DNA of 45,686 nt from Bacillota bacterium (GTDB lineage Bacteria; Bacillota; Limnochordia; JAAZLZ01): assembly GCA_012522085.1 (NCBI GenBank), contig JAAYLE010000124.1:1-45686 (forward strand). The letters run 5' to 3'. This document shows positions 44,053 through 45,686 of the stretch, in pieces (the first letter of the stretch is position 1; each line of letters begins with the position of its first letter). A model generated the notes under the pieces. It made no database searches. It was not told the DNA's origin and was given only the letters and a program-made list of their open reading frames with translations. The position numbers and the translations under genes were made by a program.

Positions 44053-45027
44053 TTGGGCTATGAACAGGTGCAGCAGGATCTCGAGGCAGGGACCTTTCCC
44101 CCTGTGTGCCTGCTCGATGGACCAGAAGCTTATCTCCGACGAAAAGCCCTGAAGGCCATCGTTGAGGGCCTGCTCAGGCCTGAAGAGCGGGAGTGGGGCA
44201 GCATTCCCATTGAGGGGCGGGGGGCCTCAGCCCACTCGATCACCGCCGCTTTGGCGACGGTGCCCTTTGGAGCTCGTTATGGGGTCGTCATGGTGCTGGG
44301 GATCGAAGAAATGGACGATGGGGAGCAGGAAGCCCTGGCCCGTTCCTTGCCTGAACTGCCCCCTGGGTACTTGGTGCTCACCGCCGCCAAGCTCGATCGG
44401 GGGAGGAAACTCTACAAGGCGGTGGCCAAGTGGGGCAAGGTTTATCGATTCGATCATTTAACGGGACTTGGCCTCAAGCGCTGGGTGGAGACAAGGGCAA
44501 CTCAGCTGGGCCTCAAACTCCCCCCAGGGGCGATCCGGGAGCTGATGGGGATCGAAGACCTTGGCTACCTAGATACCGAACTTGCCAAGATGGCCCTTTA
44601 CCATCCGGGCGGCGCCCTCTCCCAGGAGGAATTCGATGAGCTCCTTTTTCCCAGGCAAGAGGAGGACGATAAGCGGATCTTTGCCTTTGTTGACGCGGTT
44701 GGCATGAAAAACACCGCCCAGGCCCTCAGCCATCTCGACGGGCTGTGGGGCCTGGGCTACGATTACGCCCGCATCTTCGGCATGTTGGCCCGTCAGATCC
44801 GGCTGCTGATCATGGCCGCCGGAGCCGGGGGTCGACCGGACGTGCTAGTTCGCCAGCACAAGCTAAACGCCTTTGTGGCCAAGAAGGTTTGCCAGCAGTC
44901 GGCGAACTTCTCGGCAATGGAACTGCGCCAAGCCATGGATCGGCTGCTTCGAACCGATCAGTTGTTGAAAACGGGCATGCCTCCCAGAGTGGCCCTGGAG
45001 GCTTTAGTGGTCAGTCTTACCAAATAA
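44053..45027 (+). CDS. holA: DNA polymerase III subunit delta
   Basis: About 324 aa in the position expected after comEC. HolA-like pattern (PPVCLLDGPEAYLRRKAL ... FAFVDAV ... LLKTG). TTG 44053 lies 8 nt after GGGGAGG; an alternative GTG is at 44068. The ORF-track extension back to 43849 overlaps comEC and is unsupported. Confidence 0.85.
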   Translation: MGYEQVQQDLEAGTFPPVCLLDGPEAYLRRKALKAIVEGLLRPEEREWGSIPIEGRGASAHSITAALATVPFGARYGVVMVLGIEEMDDGEQEALARSLPELPPGYLVLTAAKLDRGRKLYKAVAKWGKVYRFDHLTGLGLKRWVETRATQLGLKLPPGAIRELMGIEDLGYLDTELAKMALYHPGGALSQEEFDELLFPRQEEDDKRIFAFVDAVGMKNTAQALSHLDGLWGLGYDYARIFGMLARQIRLLIMAAGAGGRPDVLVRQHKLNAFVAKKVCQQSANFSAMELRQAMDRLLRTDQLLKTGMPPRVALEALVVSLTK

Positions 45028-45062
45028 AAAAAACGCCCCGGATATCCGATGGCGTTTTTCTT
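45026..45062. terminator. Bidirectional intrinsic terminator between holA and rpsT
   Basis: AAAAAAAACGCC-C-CGG-atat-CCG-at-GGCGTTTTTTC has an A-tract and a T-tract on either side. Confidence 0.8.
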
Positions 45063-45065
45063 TCT

Positions 45066-45332
45066 TTAGCCGGCGAGAGAGGCTAGGCGTTTGGACAGGC
45101 GCGACTTTCTCCGGGCAGCCTGATTCTTGTGGATGACGCCTTTGCTGGCAGCTCGATCGATTTGGCTGATTGCCTTGCGCAAAGACTGTTCGGCTTCTTC
45201 CCGGCTGCCGGCCTCAATAGCCTGAAGATACTTCCGGATAGCCGTCCGCATGGCCGACTTGACCTGCCGGTTTCTCAGGGTCCGTTTTTCGGTAACCCGA
45301 ACCCGCTTAGCCGCGGAGCTGACTTTAGGCAC
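45066..45332 (-). CDS. rpsT: 30S ribosomal protein S20
   Basis: PKVSSAAKRVRVTEKRTLRNRQVKSAMRTAIRKY...AASKGVIHKNQAARRKSRL is the S20 pattern. GTG 45332 lies 5 nt after GGAGGTGA. The ORF track start is 45341. Confidence 0.92.
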   Translation of the reverse strand: MPKVSSAAKRVRVTEKRTLRNRQVKSAMRTAIRKYLQAIEAGSREEAEQSLRKAISQIDRAASKGVIHKNQAARRKSRLSKRLASLAG

Positions 45333-45362
45333 TCGCTTCACCTCCCCGTTTAGGACGCCCCT

Positions 45363-45391
45363 ATTTTACCATGCTCACGATCAAACTGCAA
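45363..45391 (-). promoter_or_regulatory. Putative sigma-A promoter of rpsT
   Basis: Minus strand reads TTGCAG, 17 nt, TAAAAT with an upstream TGg (extended -10). Confidence 0.5.
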
Positions 45392-45413
45392 CAGGGACCT
45401 TGCCGCTTGCTGT

Positions 45414-45459
45414 TGGTCTGTGATATTGTCAGGGTGTAACTGGTCTGTGAAAATATCAG
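45414..45459 (+). repeat. Two 19-bp direct repeats (16/19 identical, 27-bp period) just upstream of the transposase-like ORF
   Basis: TGGTCTGTGATATTGTCAG (45414..45432) and TGGTCTGTGAAAATATCAG (45441..45459), separated by GGTGTAAC. Confidence 0.6.
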
Positions 45460-45475
45460 TATGGAGAGCTTTATC

Positions 45476-45686
45476 ATGACCCAAAAAGATGCTGAGAGAC
45501 ACCACATAGTCAAGAAGTGCCTGGAGGGTTCGCTAACCGTTAGAGAGGCGGCTGAGATACTAAGACTCAGCGAGCGCCAAATCTACCGACTGAAAGCTGG
45601 TGTAAAAAAACTAGGGGCGAAGGCCATTCCTCACAAAAACAGGGGGCGCAAACCCAGCCATGCACTTACCCCGGAAATTGAAGAGA
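45476..45686 (+). CDS. N-terminal HTH domain of a DDE/integrase-type transposase (ISNCY/IS1202-group-like); truncated by the window edge
   Basis: My own translation gives MTQKDAERHHIVKKCLEGSLTVREAAEILRLSERQIYRLKAGVKKLGAKAIPHKNRGRKPSHALTPEIEE. The pattern (TVxEAAxxLxLSxRQxYRLK ... HxNRGRKP) is the typical N-terminus of this transposase class. SD GGAGAG. Confidence 0.6.
   Translation, partial: MTQKDAERHHIVKKCLEGSLTVREAAEILRLSERQIYRLKAGVKKLGAKAIPHKNRGRKPSHALTPEIEE

Noticed and set aside
1-45686. Search for CRISPR arrays, tRNA/rRNA genes, reverse transcriptases, toxin-antitoxin pairs or known defence-system gene sets
   Set aside because: I found no regularly spaced direct repeats, no cloverleaf-like or rRNA-like segments, and no ORF with RT, nuclease-NTPase or cyclase hallmarks. 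Every long ORF has a housekeeping or transport explanation except 23036..24388.

Overview
This 45,686-bp window is GC-rich (high-50s % by eye, not counted). It reads as ordinary core chromosome of a Bacillota-type bacterium. Supporting signs are comEC-holA with convergent rpsT, a ytvI-like sporulation membrane protein, hslO, strong GGAGG Shine-Dalgarno sites, many GTG/TTG starts and many 4-nt gene overlaps. I support about 50 protein genes. I see no rRNA, tRNA, CRISPR array, prophage or recognisable defence island. From left to right the window holds: TRAP transporter genes (dctQ fragment, dctP-type receptor); a CsgG/LpoB-like lipoprotein divergent from a LolCDE/MacB-type ABC pair; a LonC-like protease; a Na/Pi-PhoU transporter; the riboflavin operon ribD-ribE-ribBA-ribH behind an FMN riboswitch; a ytvI-like AI-2E transporter; a DUF523 gene; a zinc-ribbon gene; a tightly packed flavin reductase-queT-DUF1622-rnhA operon; folT behind a THF riboswitch; DUF1638; hslO; a DAG-type lipid kinase; a Dpp-type binding protein plus two permeases with no ATPases; an orphan 450-aa helical-repeat protein coupled to a frameshifted COG1313-type radical SAM gene; a NifU-like gene; two complete LIV-type ABC importers converging on a cupin plus Asp/Glu-racemase-family pair; an ADP-dependent (archaeal-type) sugar kinase; yigZ coupled to a Ski2-like DExH helicase; comEC; holA; rpsT; and the start of an IS-like transposase at the right edge. 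I did not find a convincing new multi-gene system. The items most worth a second look are: the ADP-dependent sugar kinase in a bacterial context; the yigZ (IMPACT)-Ski2 helicase coupling and the helicase's Cys/Lys-Arg-rich insert; the orphan protein plus broken radical SAM operon; a 270-bp structured intergenic region with mutually exclusive pairings; the LonC-like protease; and the recurring hairpin after binding-protein genes. All homology calls are by-eye motif recognition and need HMM or BLAST confirmation.
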